From the NCBI GenBank assembly GCA_031400455.1, contig JANNPX010000005.1:25577-89576 (forward strand): a stretch of 64,000 nucleotides of DNA, in the 5' to 3' direction. This document shows positions 16,883-26,189 of the stretch, piece after piece; position 1 is the first letter of the stretch; every line of letters starts with the position of its first letter. Source of the DNA: Chloroflexota bacterium (GTDB lineage: Bacteria; Chloroflexota; Dehalococcoidia; DSTF01; JACRBR01). The position numbers and the translations under genes are program-made. Below the pieces are notes generated by a model, which worked only from the letters and a program-made list of their open reading frames with translations, was not told the DNA's origin and made no database searches.

Positions 16883-19705
16883 ATGGCCGAAAAGCCCGCA
16901 CCTGATCTCGACGCGCTGCTCCGTTATCGGCAGAAGCGCAATTTCGCGAAGACGCCCGAGCCGGCATCAGGCGCCCCCGATCCGGCTCACCCGGATCTGA
17001 CATTCGTCATCCAGCAGCACGCTGCGACGCGCATGCACTGGGACTTCCGGCTCGAAGTCGATGGCGTGCTCGTTTCGTGGGCCGTCCCGCGCGGGCCAGC
17101 CCTCAACCCGAAAGACAAGCGCATGGCCGCGCACGTAGAGGACCATCCATTCGACTACGGTGGCTTCGAAGGCGTCATCCCGAAAGGGAACTACGGTGCC
17201 GGCCAAGTGATCGTCTGGGACAACGGCACATACACGCCAGACGAAAAGGGTGAGTACTCATGGGGCGATCCCGTCGCTGGTAGCGCCCGCATGCACGAGG
17301 GACTGGCGGCCGGCAAACTCTCGTTCACCATGCGCGGCAAGAAACTGCGCGGCTCGTGGACGCTCGTGCGGACGGCGCGCGACCCGAAGGATTGGTTGCT
17401 GATCAAGCATCGCGACGAGCACGCCTCCACTCGCGACGTACTCGAAGAAGATCGCTCGGTGCTCAGTGGTGTCACCATCCAGGACCTCAAGGAAGGCCGC
17501 ATGCCGCGCATGGCCGCCGCAGGTGGCGCCCCGCATCCAGATGCCCGCGAGGCCGCGTTTCCTGACGCGAAGTCCTTGCGTCCGATGCTGGCGACGCAGG
17601 TTGCGCGCCCGTTCTCTCGCGCCGGCTGGCTCTTCGAGCCGAAGTTGGACGGCGTGCGAGCGCTCGCGTTCCTGTCGCGAACAGACGACGGTGTGGAGCC
17701 ACGCATCGATCTCCGGAGCCGCCGCGGCAACGCGATGAACGTGCAGTACCCCGAGGTCGTCGCCGCAGTCGCTGCGCAATCCGCGCGCACCGCGATATTC
17801 GACGGCGAAATCGTCGCGATGAACGAGCACGGTGTGCCCGACTTCCAGGAGATGCAGCCGCGGATGAACCTCTCACGCCCCGCCGAGGTCGAACGAATCG
17901 CTGCCACAACGCCCGTGTACTACTACGTCTTCGATCTGCTCTATCTGGATGGTTACGACCTGACCCGCGTACCACTTGTCGAGCGCAAGGCGCTGCTCCG
18001 TCGCGCACTCGTTCCGTCCACACATCTCATGCTCGTGGATCACGAACGCGACGATGGCGAATCACTCTACGAGGCGGCGTCGAAGCTCGGCTTCGAGGGT
18101 GTGGTGGCGAAGCGCGGCACGAGCATCTACGAGCCAGGCGTCCGAACCGGCGCGTGGCTGAAGATCAAGAACGTGATGGAGCAAGAGTTCGTCGTCGGCG
18201 GCTACACCGAGGGTGAAGGCTCCCGCAGCAAGACGTTCGGCGGACTGCTGGTCGGCTACTACGACGGCGACGATCTGCGATTCTCGTCGAGCGTCGGCTC
18301 CGGCCTCACGGATGTGAATCTCACCCAAATCAAGAAGCAGCTCGCCAAGCGCGAAGTCGAAACGTCGCCGTTCGCGGATCCGCCGACGACAATCGGCGGG
18401 CGCTGGGGCGGTGGCAAGGCGACGAAGTGCTACTGGGTGAAGCCCGAGCTGGTCGCACAGGTGCGCTTCAGCGAGTGGACGCGCGATGGCGGCCTGCGCG
18501 CTCCCGTCTTCAAGGGCCTGCGCGTCGATATCGACCCGCGCAGCGTGCGACGCGAAGATCCGTCCGTGCAGCCGGTCGATGTGGTACCCGATGACGTGTC
18601 GGCCTCAGGTGACGACGTAACACGCGCGGTCGCGTCGATCGTCGAGCAACTCGATTCGAATGCGAAGGCCGACTTCGTGCTCGACGTGGGCGGCGTTCCG
18701 ATCAAGCTGACGAATCTCGATAAGGAGTTCTGGCCTGCGACGAAAGATCACCCGCCCAGGACGAAGCGCGAGCTGATTCGCTACTACGCGCGCGTTGCGC
18801 CGTACCTGCTGCCTCATCTGACGGATCGTCCGCTGACGCTCACGCGCTATCCGAACGGCATCGAAGGGTCGTCGTTCTACCAGAAGCATTGGCCCTCGCC
18901 GTTCCCGAAGGAGTTCCGCGTCGAGCGCGCATCGATCTACTCGGCACACAACGACCAGGATGGCGACTACGTTCTCGTCAACAACCTGCAGACGCTAGTT
19001 TGGCTCGCGCAGCTAGCAGACCTCGAGATCCACGCCTGGATGGCGCGCGTCAACCCGGACCCGGACGCACACGGATTGCCGACGGTCTTCGCGGGCTCCG
19101 AAGAGACGATGGATCGCAGCGTGCTCAACTATCCGGACTTCATGGTCTTCGACCTCGATCCCTACATCTACGCGGGCACCGAGAAGAAGGGCGAAGAGCC
19201 CGCGCTGAACCGCCGCGCCTTCGAGAAGACACGCGAGATGGCGTTCTCGCTGAAGGAACTGCTCGAACAACTCCGGCTGTCGTCGTTCGTGAAGACCACC
19301 GGCAAGACGGGCCTGCACATCTACGTGCCCGTGCTGCGCCAGTACACCTACGACGAGATCCGCGCCGCCAGCGCGGCCGTCGGGCAGTTTATGGTGCAGC
19401 AACATCCCGATGATCTAACCATGGAGTGGACGACCGTGAAGCGCACCGGGATGATCTTCTTCGATCACAACCAGAACACGCGCGGCAAGACTCTCGCGGC
19501 CGAATACTCGCTGCGCCCGTCCCCGCAGGCGGCCGTCTCTGCGCCAGTCACGTGGGAAGAGTTGCCGCACGCGTATCCCACGGATTTCGATATCGATACG
19601 GAACCCGACCGCCTCGCGAAAGTCGGCGATCTGTGGGCGGATATTCTCGCGTCAAAGCAGGATCTCAGAGCACTGATCGAAAGTGGCCCACCCATTGACA
19701 GTTGA
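16883..19705 (+). CDS. ligD: NHEJ DNA ligase D (phosphoesterase-ligase-polymerase)
   Basis: FVIQQHAATRMHWDFRLE (PE domain), EPKLDG, FDLLY, EGVVAK, WLKIK (ligase), FDLDP and KTTGKTGLH (primase-polymerase). Confidence 0.95.
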   Translation: MAEKPAPDLDALLRYRQKRNFAKTPEPASGAPDPAHPDLTFVIQQHAATRMHWDFRLEVDGVLVSWAVPRGPALNPKDKRMAAHVEDHPFDYGGFEGVIPKGNYGAGQVIVWDNGTYTPDEKGEYSWGDPVAGSARMHEGLAAGKLSFTMRGKKLRGSWTLVRTARDPKDWLLIKHRDEHASTRDVLEEDRSVLSGVTIQDLKEGRMPRMAAAGGAPHPDAREAAFPDAKSLRPMLATQVARPFSRAGWLFEPKLDGVRALAFLSRTDDGVEPRIDLRSRRGNAMNVQYPEVVAAVAAQSARTAIFDGEIVAMNEHGVPDFQEMQPRMNLSRPAEVERIAATTPVYYYVFDLLYLDGYDLTRVPLVERKALLRRALVPSTHLMLVDHERDDGESLYEAASKLGFEGVVAKRGTSIYEPGVRTGAWLKIKNVMEQEFVVGGYTEGEGSRSKTFGGLLVGYYDGDDLRFSSSVGSGLTDVNLTQIKKQLAKREVETSPFADPPTTIGGRWGGGKATKCYWVKPELVAQVRFSEWTRDGGLRAPVFKGLRVDIDPRSVRREDPSVQPVDVVPDDVSASGDDVTRAVASIVEQLDSNAKADFVLDVGGVPIKLTNLDKEFWPATKDHPPRTKRELIRYYARVAPYLLPHLTDRPLTLTRYPNGIEGSSFYQKHWPSPFPKEFRVERASIYSAHNDQDGDYVLVNNLQTLVWLAQLADLEIHAWMARVNPDPDAHGLPTVFAGSEETMDRSVLNYPDFMVFDLDPYIYAGTEKKGEEPALNRRAFEKTREMAFSLKELLEQLRLSSFVKTTGKTGLHIYVPVLRQYTYDEIRAASAAVGQFMVQQHPDDLTMEWTTVKRTGMIFFDHNQNTRGKTLAAEYSLRPSPQAAVSAPVTWEELPHAYPTDFDIDTEPDRLAKVGDLWADILASKQDLRALIESGPPIDS

Positions 19706-19724
19706 GCAACTACTCAACTATTAT
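19695..19724 (+). promoter_or_regulatory. Sigma70 promoter with an ArsR/SmtB-type operator in the spacer
   Basis: TTGACA (19695-19700), 18-nt spacer, TATTAT (19719-19724); perfect 7-6-7 inverted repeat AGTTGAG-caacta-CTCAACT (19700-19719). Confidence 0.75.
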
Positions 19725-19731
19725 GATCAGG

Positions 19732-20124
19732 ATGAGCCGAACAACCACTGAAGCCGACGTCTGTCAGATTCGCTACGTGGACACCGAGGTCGTCCAGTCC
19801 GTCCTTTGCAACCTCGTTGACCGCGACGCGGCCTCAGGCGTCGCCGAGCTGTTCCGAGTGCTTGCGGATCCGACGCGCGTCCTGATCCTGCATGCGCTGT
19901 CCATGGCCTCGCTCTGCAATTGCGACCTCGCGTCCATCCTGCGCCTCACCGAGTCCGCCGTGTCGCATCAAATGCGCGAGCTGCGGATGATGAAGCTGGT
20001 CACTGCGGAACGCCGCGGCCGAATGGTCTACTACCGCCTCAGCGACAGTCATGTCCGCCACGTGCTCGAAGACACGATGCGCGATGCGCGTGAGGCCGCC
20101 GCGCCCGCAGTCGTGCCGGAGTAA
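19732..20124 (+). CDS. ArsR/SmtB family metal-responsive repressor
   Basis: LFRVLADPTRVLIL, LCNCDLA, SAVSHQMREL, RRGRMVYYRL, SHVRH; probably leaderless. Confidence 0.92.
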   Translation: MSRTTTEADVCQIRYVDTEVVQSVLCNLVDRDAASGVAELFRVLADPTRVLILHALSMASLCNCDLASILRLTESAVSHQMRELRMMKLVTAERRGRMVYYRLSDSHVRHVLEDTMRDAREAAAPAVVPE

Positions 20125-20128
20125 TCCT

Positions 20129-20809
20129 GTGGAAGTATCATCCCCGATCTCGACGCCCTTCTCCGAGCAACGCTCGCGCCGATTGACGATCGCGCTCATC
20201 CTTCTTTGGCTCACGTTCGGCTGGAACATCATCGAAGGCATCGTGGCGATCAGCGCTGGCGCGCGCGCGAGCAGCGTCGCGCTCGTCGGGTTCGGGCTGG
20301 ACAGCTTCATCGAGGTGACGGCCGCTGGCGTGCTCATCTGGCGCCTGCAAGCCGCCGATGGCGATCCGCGCATCGAGGGCCGTGAGCGCGTGGCACGCCG
20401 AATCATAGGGACCACCTTCCTGGCGCTCGCGGCGTACGTGTTGGCGCAGTCCGCGTACGCCGTGGTCGCATCGAATGAGCCGGGCGAGTCGACCCTGGGA
20501 CTGGCGCTGGCGGTCACATCGCTGGCGCTCATGCCGGCGCTCGGACTCGCGAAAAAGGCGAATGCCAACGCTCTTCATTCGCACGCGCTCATCGCGGAGT
20601 CGCACGAAACGCTTGTCTGCTCCTATCTGTCCGCAACGTTGTTCGTCGGTCTCGGCGCGAACGCCCTGTTCGGTTGGTGGTGGGCGGATATCGCCGCCGC
20701 TCTCGCCATGGTGCCGTGGATCGTGAAAGAGGGAATCGAAGGTGTCCGGGCCGAGGAGTGCGGTGAAGACTGCGCCGCACCCGTGACCGAAGGTGAGGAA
20801 CATGCCTGA
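20129..20809 (+). CDS. Short cation-efflux (CDF-like, TM-only) transporter
   Basis: WNIIEGIVA, GFGLDSFIE, ALIAES, WWWADIAAAL; GTG start tentative. Confidence 0.8.
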   Translation: MEVSSPISTPFSEQRSRRLTIALILLWLTFGWNIIEGIVAISAGARASSVALVGFGLDSFIEVTAAGVLIWRLQAADGDPRIEGRERVARRIIGTTFLALAAYVLAQSAYAVVASNEPGESTLGLALAVTSLALMPALGLAKKANANALHSHALIAESHETLVCSYLSATLFVGLGANALFGWWWADIAAALAMVPWIVKEGIEGVRAEECGEDCAAPVTEGEEHA

Positions 20810-21410
20810 ACTTGCGCTCGTGAGCTACGGCGTGTTCGGAGCGCTCGCGTTCGGGCTGCGCAGCGCGCTGCAATACATCCGCACGGGTTCAACCGGGTTT
20901 GGGGGCTTCTCCGGCACGCCTGGCTCGCTCGAGTGGTGGGCCGGCCGTGGATTCACGCTCGCGCTCGTCGCAGTATTGATGGCGCCGGTCGCCGATCTGG
21001 CAGGCTGGTTCCCGCGCCTGGGCATCCTTGACGAGGAAATCATCGCGTACTCGGGCCTGGCGCTTTCCATCGTCGGCACAGCACTCGTGCTCGTCGCGCA
21101 GATGACGATGGGCGACTCGTGGAGGATCGGGGTCGACGAGGATGAGCGCACGGCTCTTGTTACGCACGGAGTGTTCTCCCTCATCCGCAACCCGATCTTC
21201 ACCTCGATGTTCGTCGTTGTCGCGGGGTTGGGGTTGATGGTGCCGAACGTCCTGTCTGCGGCTGGACTGGTCGCCCTCATCGCGGCGGTAGAGGCGCAGG
21301 TCCGGCTAGTCGAGGAGCCCTACCTGATCCAGTCGCATGGCATGGAGTACCGCGCGTACGCGTCGACGGCCGGGCGCTTCGTACCCTACGTCGGCAGGCT
21401 TCGCGCCTAG
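20802..21410 (+). CDS. Isoprenylcysteine carboxylmethyltransferase (ICMT/PEMT) family membrane protein
   Basis: GDSWRIG, LVTHGVFSLIRNPIF, EEPYL, EYRAY..TAGRF; overlaps the upstream stop. Confidence 0.88.
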   Translation: MPELALVSYGVFGALAFGLRSALQYIRTGSTGFGGFSGTPGSLEWWAGRGFTLALVAVLMAPVADLAGWFPRLGILDEEIIAYSGLALSIVGTALVLVAQMTMGDSWRIGVDEDERTALVTHGVFSLIRNPIFTSMFVVVAGLGLMVPNVLSAAGLVALIAAVEAQVRLVEEPYLIQSHGMEYRAYASTAGRFVPYVGRLRA

Positions 21411-21470
21411 CTTCGGCGCCGACAGATCGGTTGCCCGTGACGCGAGCGTACCTTACGGTGAAGGAGAACC

Positions 21471-22496
21471 ATGTCCGAACCTGAACACTCCCCCCGCCGC
21501 CCCCTTCTGCGGCCGCTCGATCGGCGGGCGTTTCTGCGCTCGACCCTCGCGGTTTCAGCGGGCGGCGCCGCCCTGTACGCCGTCGGCTGCAGTTCCGGCG
21601 ATGATGGCGAGAACACGCCAGCGGCGACCAAGGCGAGCAGCACCGCTGGCGTCACACCGGCGACGACGGCGAACCCGTCAGGCGTCACGCCGAACCTGTT
21701 GACCGCGGAGTTCGTGGCGAACCGAGACAATCGCTTCGCCGTCGGCCTCATTGGCAAAGACAACAAGCTCGTGACCGGTGCGGAGGTTCATCTCAAGTTC
21801 TTCACCGTCGGTGCCGATGGCACGACGGGAACATTCCGCGGCGAAGGCGATGCGGTATACGTGGAACTGAATGTTCCCGGCGCTCACGCGCACGACGGCA
21901 CGGCCGGTGCCCTCGCGGCCGATGACAGCGTCTCCTTCTATGTCGCCAACACGCCCTTCGATCAGGCTGGGCAGTGGGGAGTCGAGATCGATGCGACGCT
22001 CACCGATGGTAGCAGCGCATCGATCCAGGCGCCGTTCACGGTGCTCGATCAGTCTCAGAGCCCGGGCATTGGCACGAAGCCGCCGGCCAGCCAGAATGAC
22101 ACCTTCGCGACGAACCCGGACCTCGAGAGCCTCTGCACGCGATCACCGGCGTGCCCGCTTCACGACAAGGCGATCGCCGATGTACTCGGCAAGGGACGGC
22201 CGCTCGTCGTGATGTTCAGCACCCCCGCGTTCTGCGAGACGCGTTTTTGCGGGCCGGTGCTGGAAGTGCTGATGGCGCAAGTGCCGGCGTATCAGGATCG
22301 CATCGACTTCGTGCACATCGAAGTGTGGCAGGACTTCCAGTTGCAGAAGCAGCGCGCCGCGGTGAGCGAATGGACGTTGCCGACAGAGCCGTACACATTC
22401 TTCATGGACAAGGATGGTAACGTAGTCGGAAAATTTGAGGCGGTCTTCGGGCAGGACGAACTGACCTCCGCCCTCGATCAACTGGCGAAGCTCTAG
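21471..22496 (+). CDS. Tat-exported lipoprotein with a C-terminal thioredoxin-like fold
   Basis: DRRAFLR Tat motif, AVGC lipobox, Thr/Ala linker, CTRSPAC and FCETRFCGP, FVHIEV, EPYTFFMD. Confidence 0.75.
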   Translation: MSEPEHSPRRPLLRPLDRRAFLRSTLAVSAGGAALYAVGCSSGDDGENTPAATKASSTAGVTPATTANPSGVTPNLLTAEFVANRDNRFAVGLIGKDNKLVTGAEVHLKFFTVGADGTTGTFRGEGDAVYVELNVPGAHAHDGTAGALAADDSVSFYVANTPFDQAGQWGVEIDATLTDGSSASIQAPFTVLDQSQSPGIGTKPPASQNDTFATNPDLESLCTRSPACPLHDKAIADVLGKGRPLVVMFSTPAFCETRFCGPVLEVLMAQVPAYQDRIDFVHIEVWQDFQLQKQRAAVSEWTLPTEPYTFFMDKDGNVVGKFEAVFGQDELTSALDQLAKL

Positions 22497-22501
22497 CGGA
22501 C

Positions 22502-22861
22502 GTGAGGACGCAAGCGGCGCGGACGCATTGCGCGAATCTCCCCGGCGCTGTGTACGAGTATCCATTCGGACCCGACGTCCGCGTGTACAAGGTATGCGGG
22601 AAGATCTTCGCGTTAGTGCCCGAAGCACCGCCGTCCAGCATCAGCTTGAAATGCGATCCCGTGTTGGCGCGAATGCTGCGTGCGAATCACCCGGCCATCA
22701 CGCCCGGATATCACCTGAACAAGGCGCATTGGAACACAATCGCTCTCGACGGAAGCGTGCCCCCACCGCTACTCCGCGAGATGATCACCAACTCGTATGA
22801 ACTCGTCGTTTTGAAGCTGAGCGCCACGGATCGCCGGTCGCTTTCCACCGGAAGCCGCTAA
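22502..22861 (+). CDS. MmcQ/YjbR family DNA-binding protein
   Basis: PFGPD..VYKV.GKIFAL, SLKCDP, PGYHLNKAHWNTI. Confidence 0.9.
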   Translation: MRTQAARTHCANLPGAVYEYPFGPDVRVYKVCGKIFALVPEAPPSSISLKCDPVLARMLRANHPAITPGYHLNKAHWNTIALDGSVPPPLLREMITNSYELVVLKLSATDRRSLSTGSR

Positions 22862-22925
22862 TCTGCGAACAGCCAAATGCCGAGAATACCCGTAAGGGTT
22901 CTCGCCATCTCAGGAGGTTGCCGTC

Positions 22926-23825
22926 TTGAAGCGTTCCTTGCTCTCGCTCCTCGCCGTCGCCGCGATTGCCGCTGCCGCGTGTGGTGGCACCGACAAGAAG
23001 ACGGCGCCGACGACCGCGGCACCCACCGAGCCAACCACGGCCGCGACTCCGAAGTCGTCGAGCAAGACGCCGACCGCATCTAAGACCGCGACCAGCGCAA
23101 CGAAGGACAAGAGCGGTGAACTCGTTGGCGGGCTGTTCGGCTCCGTTTTCTCGAACGCGTTCGGCGGTGGCTCGGACAGCGGCGCTGCGAACGGGCTCGG
23201 CGCGGCCGACGAGACACTCAAGCAGTACCTGCCTTCGAACAGCGACCTTCCCGACGGCTACACCCCCATGGGGCTGCGCACATTCCGCGGCCCCGATGGC
23301 ATCTCCGACACGGGCGGAATTGACATCGCGATCGAGACTGCGACGAAAGGCGACGTCTCGTCCGCAGAAGACTTCTCCAAGCTCAGCATGCTCATGGCGA
23401 TGGTGATGAAGCCCGATGACCTGCAGAGCCTCGGCGACGCGTTCGACGCCATCAAAGATCTGGACAAAGAGGATCTCGAGGACGCGCTAACACAGGGTGC
23501 GACCGGCGGCAGCGAGAGCATGTTCGCCATCAAGGACGTCAAAGTGCTCGACGCCGATGGTCTGGGCGAAGGCGCGTTTGGATTTCAGATGACGCTGGAT
23601 CTGGGTGGGCTCGGCAGCATCTTTGGAGCGCTCGGCGACTCCGGTTCAGATTCCGGTGCCCCCGATCTCTCCGAACTCGTGATCACTGTGCGGATGTACC
23701 TCTTCTCGCGCGGCGACTACGTCGGAGGCATCATGCGTATGGCGTTCTCGGACGAACTGGAAGACGACGTCGACGAGATCGCCCTCGCGAAGATCATCGA
23801 CAGGAAGCTCAAGTCGGCGCATTGA
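22926..23825 (+). CDS. Hypothetical lipoprotein (paralog 1)
   Basis: Signal peptide with AAACG lipobox, Thr/Pro linker, C-terminus IIDRKLKSAH. Confidence 0.8.
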   Translation: MKRSLLSLLAVAAIAAAACGGTDKKTAPTTAAPTEPTTAATPKSSSKTPTASKTATSATKDKSGELVGGLFGSVFSNAFGGGSDSGAANGLGAADETLKQYLPSNSDLPDGYTPMGLRTFRGPDGISDTGGIDIAIETATKGDVSSAEDFSKLSMLMAMVMKPDDLQSLGDAFDAIKDLDKEDLEDALTQGATGGSESMFAIKDVKVLDADGLGEGAFGFQMTLDLGGLGSIFGALGDSGSDSGAPDLSELVITVRMYLFSRGDYVGGIMRMAFSDELEDDVDEIALAKIIDRKLKSAH

Positions 23826-24616
23826 TTCGGCACGCCGCGACGACGCTGTTTCTCGGGGCGCTCGCCGCCGCAGCCTGCGGCGGCGCTGGAGGCTCGCGGA
23901 CGGCGACGCCGAACGTAGCGTCTCCTGGCTCTGCGACCGCAGCCGGTGGTTTGGTGGATCCGGCCTATGCGCGCGCGGTCGCCTCAGCGATGTTCGCCCG
24001 GGTCCTCGGCGATCTCCTCGCCGAGGAACTTCCGGATGGCGCCGATTCGCCGTTGTTGTCGTACCTACCCGACGTTCATGGTTTCGATCACTACAGCACG
24101 TTTGAGATTCCTGGCGGAGCTGCCCTCTCCCGTGCGGGCACGACGGACAGGGCCGGGAAGACCGCCCGCAAGGACGACGCTAGCGGTGAGGCGGCTTCGA
24201 CGTCGCTGATCGTGACGGTGAGGCAGCCAACCGAGAAGCAGGAAGCGGATCGCATTGCCTCGGGGCTCCGCGGCATCGCCGGGGCGGACATCCGGGAGGC
24301 CATCACCGCCGGCGAATCCGCAACGTTCGGCCTGACAGTCGAAAGCCTCCGACTACTCCAAACGGCGGGCCTCGGTGACGCCGCCGTCGGGTTCGAGGCG
24401 GTCGTGACACCTGATCCGAAGAACCCGTGGACGCCGTCGCTGGGCGTGCTCCGGTCAGGGGGCGTGACGCTCCGGGTGGTGATGCTGGTTCGTGGCGGCC
24501 GCGTCGGCGTCGTTCTCCGAATCGGACCGGAGGTCGGTCCGGAACGGCCCGGTGGGACCGATCCAGATCTGGCGCTCGCCAACATCTTGGATGGCAAACT
24601 AAAGGCCGCGGAGTAG
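23822..24616 (+). CDS. Hypothetical lipoprotein (paralog 2)
   Basis: AAACG lipobox; shares LGLFG/LARVLG, YLP, GLG(E/D)(G/A)A.GF and LA.I.D.KLK.A with the upstream gene. Confidence 0.75.
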   Translation: MIRHAATTLFLGALAAAACGGAGGSRTATPNVASPGSATAAGGLVDPAYARAVASAMFARVLGDLLAEELPDGADSPLLSYLPDVHGFDHYSTFEIPGGAALSRAGTTDRAGKTARKDDASGEAASTSLIVTVRQPTEKQEADRIASGLRGIAGADIREAITAGESATFGLTVESLRLLQTAGLGDAAVGFEAVVTPDPKNPWTPSLGVLRSGGVTLRVVMLVRGGRVGVVLRIGPEVGPERPGGTDPDLALANILDGKLKAAE

Positions 24617-24636
24617 CGCCAAGGCTCGAAATCGGC

Positions 24637-24703
24637 CTTTTGTGTACAAAAGTGCATTTTAAGTCGTTTTTCGCTTGATACTGACTTCCCGCTGATCTAC
24701 GAT
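24637..24703 (+). promoter_or_regulatory. SUF operon promoter with an upstream palindrome
   Basis: CTTTTGT-gt-ACAAAAG (24637-24652); TTGATA (24675-24680), 17 nt, TACGAT (24698-24703). Confidence 0.65.
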
Positions 24704-24712
24704 CGAAGAGCA

Positions 24713-25351
24713 ATGAAATCCACGCGAGACCTAATGCGCGATGTGCTCGCCGTTCGCGGCGAAGCTACGGTCGCCGACATCTCCAGCGACCTCGGCCTCA
24801 ACCAGGCGAACATCCGCCGCCACCTCGAAGTGATGCGGGCGGAAGGTCTGGTAGACATAACTATGCGCCGCCACGAGATCGGGCGTCCATCGTACGTGTA
24901 CAAACTCACCGAGCGTGCTGAGGAGATGAGCGCGCACTATCCACGGCTCCTGAACCGCATGGTCAAGCGCCTCGCGTCGCAGCCGGAGTCAGCGCCGCTT
25001 TTGCTTCAGCTGTTCGACGGCGTTGCCGACGACGTTACGATGGCGCACCGCACGCAGGTGACGGGTGCAACGCTAGGCGAGCGGGTCGCCGAGACCAGCG
25101 CGGCGCTCAAGGAAGAGGGCATCGTCGACCACTGGCACAAGGACGCGGACGGTTTTCACCTGATGAATACGTCGTGTCCATATCGGAAGGCTGCCGAAGC
25201 GTCCGCCGCGCCGTGCCACGCCGATCACAAGGTCGTCGAATCGCTGATCGGTGTGCCGGTCGAGCAAATAAGCCGCATCGTAGACGGTCACCACATGTGC
25301 GAGTACATCGTGCGCGATATCGAGCAGCGCGTAGAAGTCGAATCGAAGTAA
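24713..25351 (+). CDS. sufR: SufR-like HTH regulator of Fe-S cluster assembly
   Basis: N-terminal HTH (NIRRHL..M...GLV, GRPS..Y.LT), C-terminal SCPY...PCH...HMCEY; first gene of the SUF operon. Confidence 0.82.
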   Translation: MKSTRDLMRDVLAVRGEATVADISSDLGLNQANIRRHLEVMRAEGLVDITMRRHEIGRPSYVYKLTERAEEMSAHYPRLLNRMVKRLASQPESAPLLLQLFDGVADDVTMAHRTQVTGATLGERVAETSAALKEEGIVDHWHKDADGFHLMNTSCPYRKAAEASAAPCHADHKVVESLIGVPVEQISRIVDGHHMCEYIVRDIEQRVEVESK

Positions 25352-25404
25352 ATGGAGCGCGGGCGCCCTCGCCCGTAGCCGAGTGCCGAGAGAGTAGAGG
25401 ACGG

Positions 25405-26187
25405 ATGGCGGACGAAGTACTGTTGAAGATTAGCGGCCTCAAGGTCGCCGTCGACAAGAAGCAGATCCTGAACGGCGTCGATCTGGTGGTGAATCGCGGC
25501 GAAGTGCACGCGATCATGGGCCCGAACGGCTCCGGTAAGAGCACGCTCGCGAACGCGCTCATGGGGCATCCGCGCTACGAGGTGACGGCCGGCTCAGTGC
25601 TGTTCAAGGGACAGGACATTCTCGGCCTCTCGCCCGACAAGCGCGCCCAGGCGGGCATGTTCCTCGCGTTCCAGTACCCCACGAGCATCCCGGGCGTAAC
25701 GATGGTGAACTTCCTTCGTCAGGCCATGAAGGCCGTGCGCAACGAAGACGTGCCGGTACGAGAGTTCCGTGAGAAGCTGCTTGCCACGATGAAGCTGCTG
25801 AAGATGGACGAGCAGTTCGCGCGCCGCTACGTCAACGAAGGCTTCTCCGGCGGCGAAAAGAAGCGCGCCGAGATCCTCCAGATGGGCATCCTTGACCCCG
25901 ATCTGGCGATTATGGACGAGACCGACTCTGGCCTCGACATCGACGCGCTGCGGACCGTCGCCGAAGGCATCAACGCGCTGACTTCGCCGAAGTTGGGCGT
26001 CGTGCTGATCACGCACTACCAGCGCCTGCTGAACTACATCAAGCCGCAGTTCGTCCACATCCTCTACCAGGGCCGCATCATCCAGTCCGGCGGCGCCGAC
26101 CTGGCGCTGCAACTCGAAGAGCAGGGATACGACCCGGTCATCGCGGAGTATGGTCCCGCGCTTGCGGCGGCCGGAGAGAAGGCATAG
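25405..26187 (+). CDS. sufC: Fe-S cluster assembly ATPase SufC
   Basis: [46 protein letters not shown]. Confidence 0.97.
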   Translation: MADEVLLKISGLKVAVDKKQILNGVDLVVNRGEVHAIMGPNGSGKSTLANALMGHPRYEVTAGSVLFKGQDILGLSPDKRAQAGMFLAFQYPTSIPGVTMVNFLRQAMKAVRNEDVPVREFREKLLATMKLLKMDEQFARRYVNEGFSGGEKKRAEILQMGILDPDLAIMDETDSGLDIDALRTVAEGINALTSPKLGVVLITHYQRLLNYIKPQFVHILYQGRIIQSGGADLALQLEEQGYDPVIAEYGPALAAAGEKA

Positions 26188-26189
26188 TC

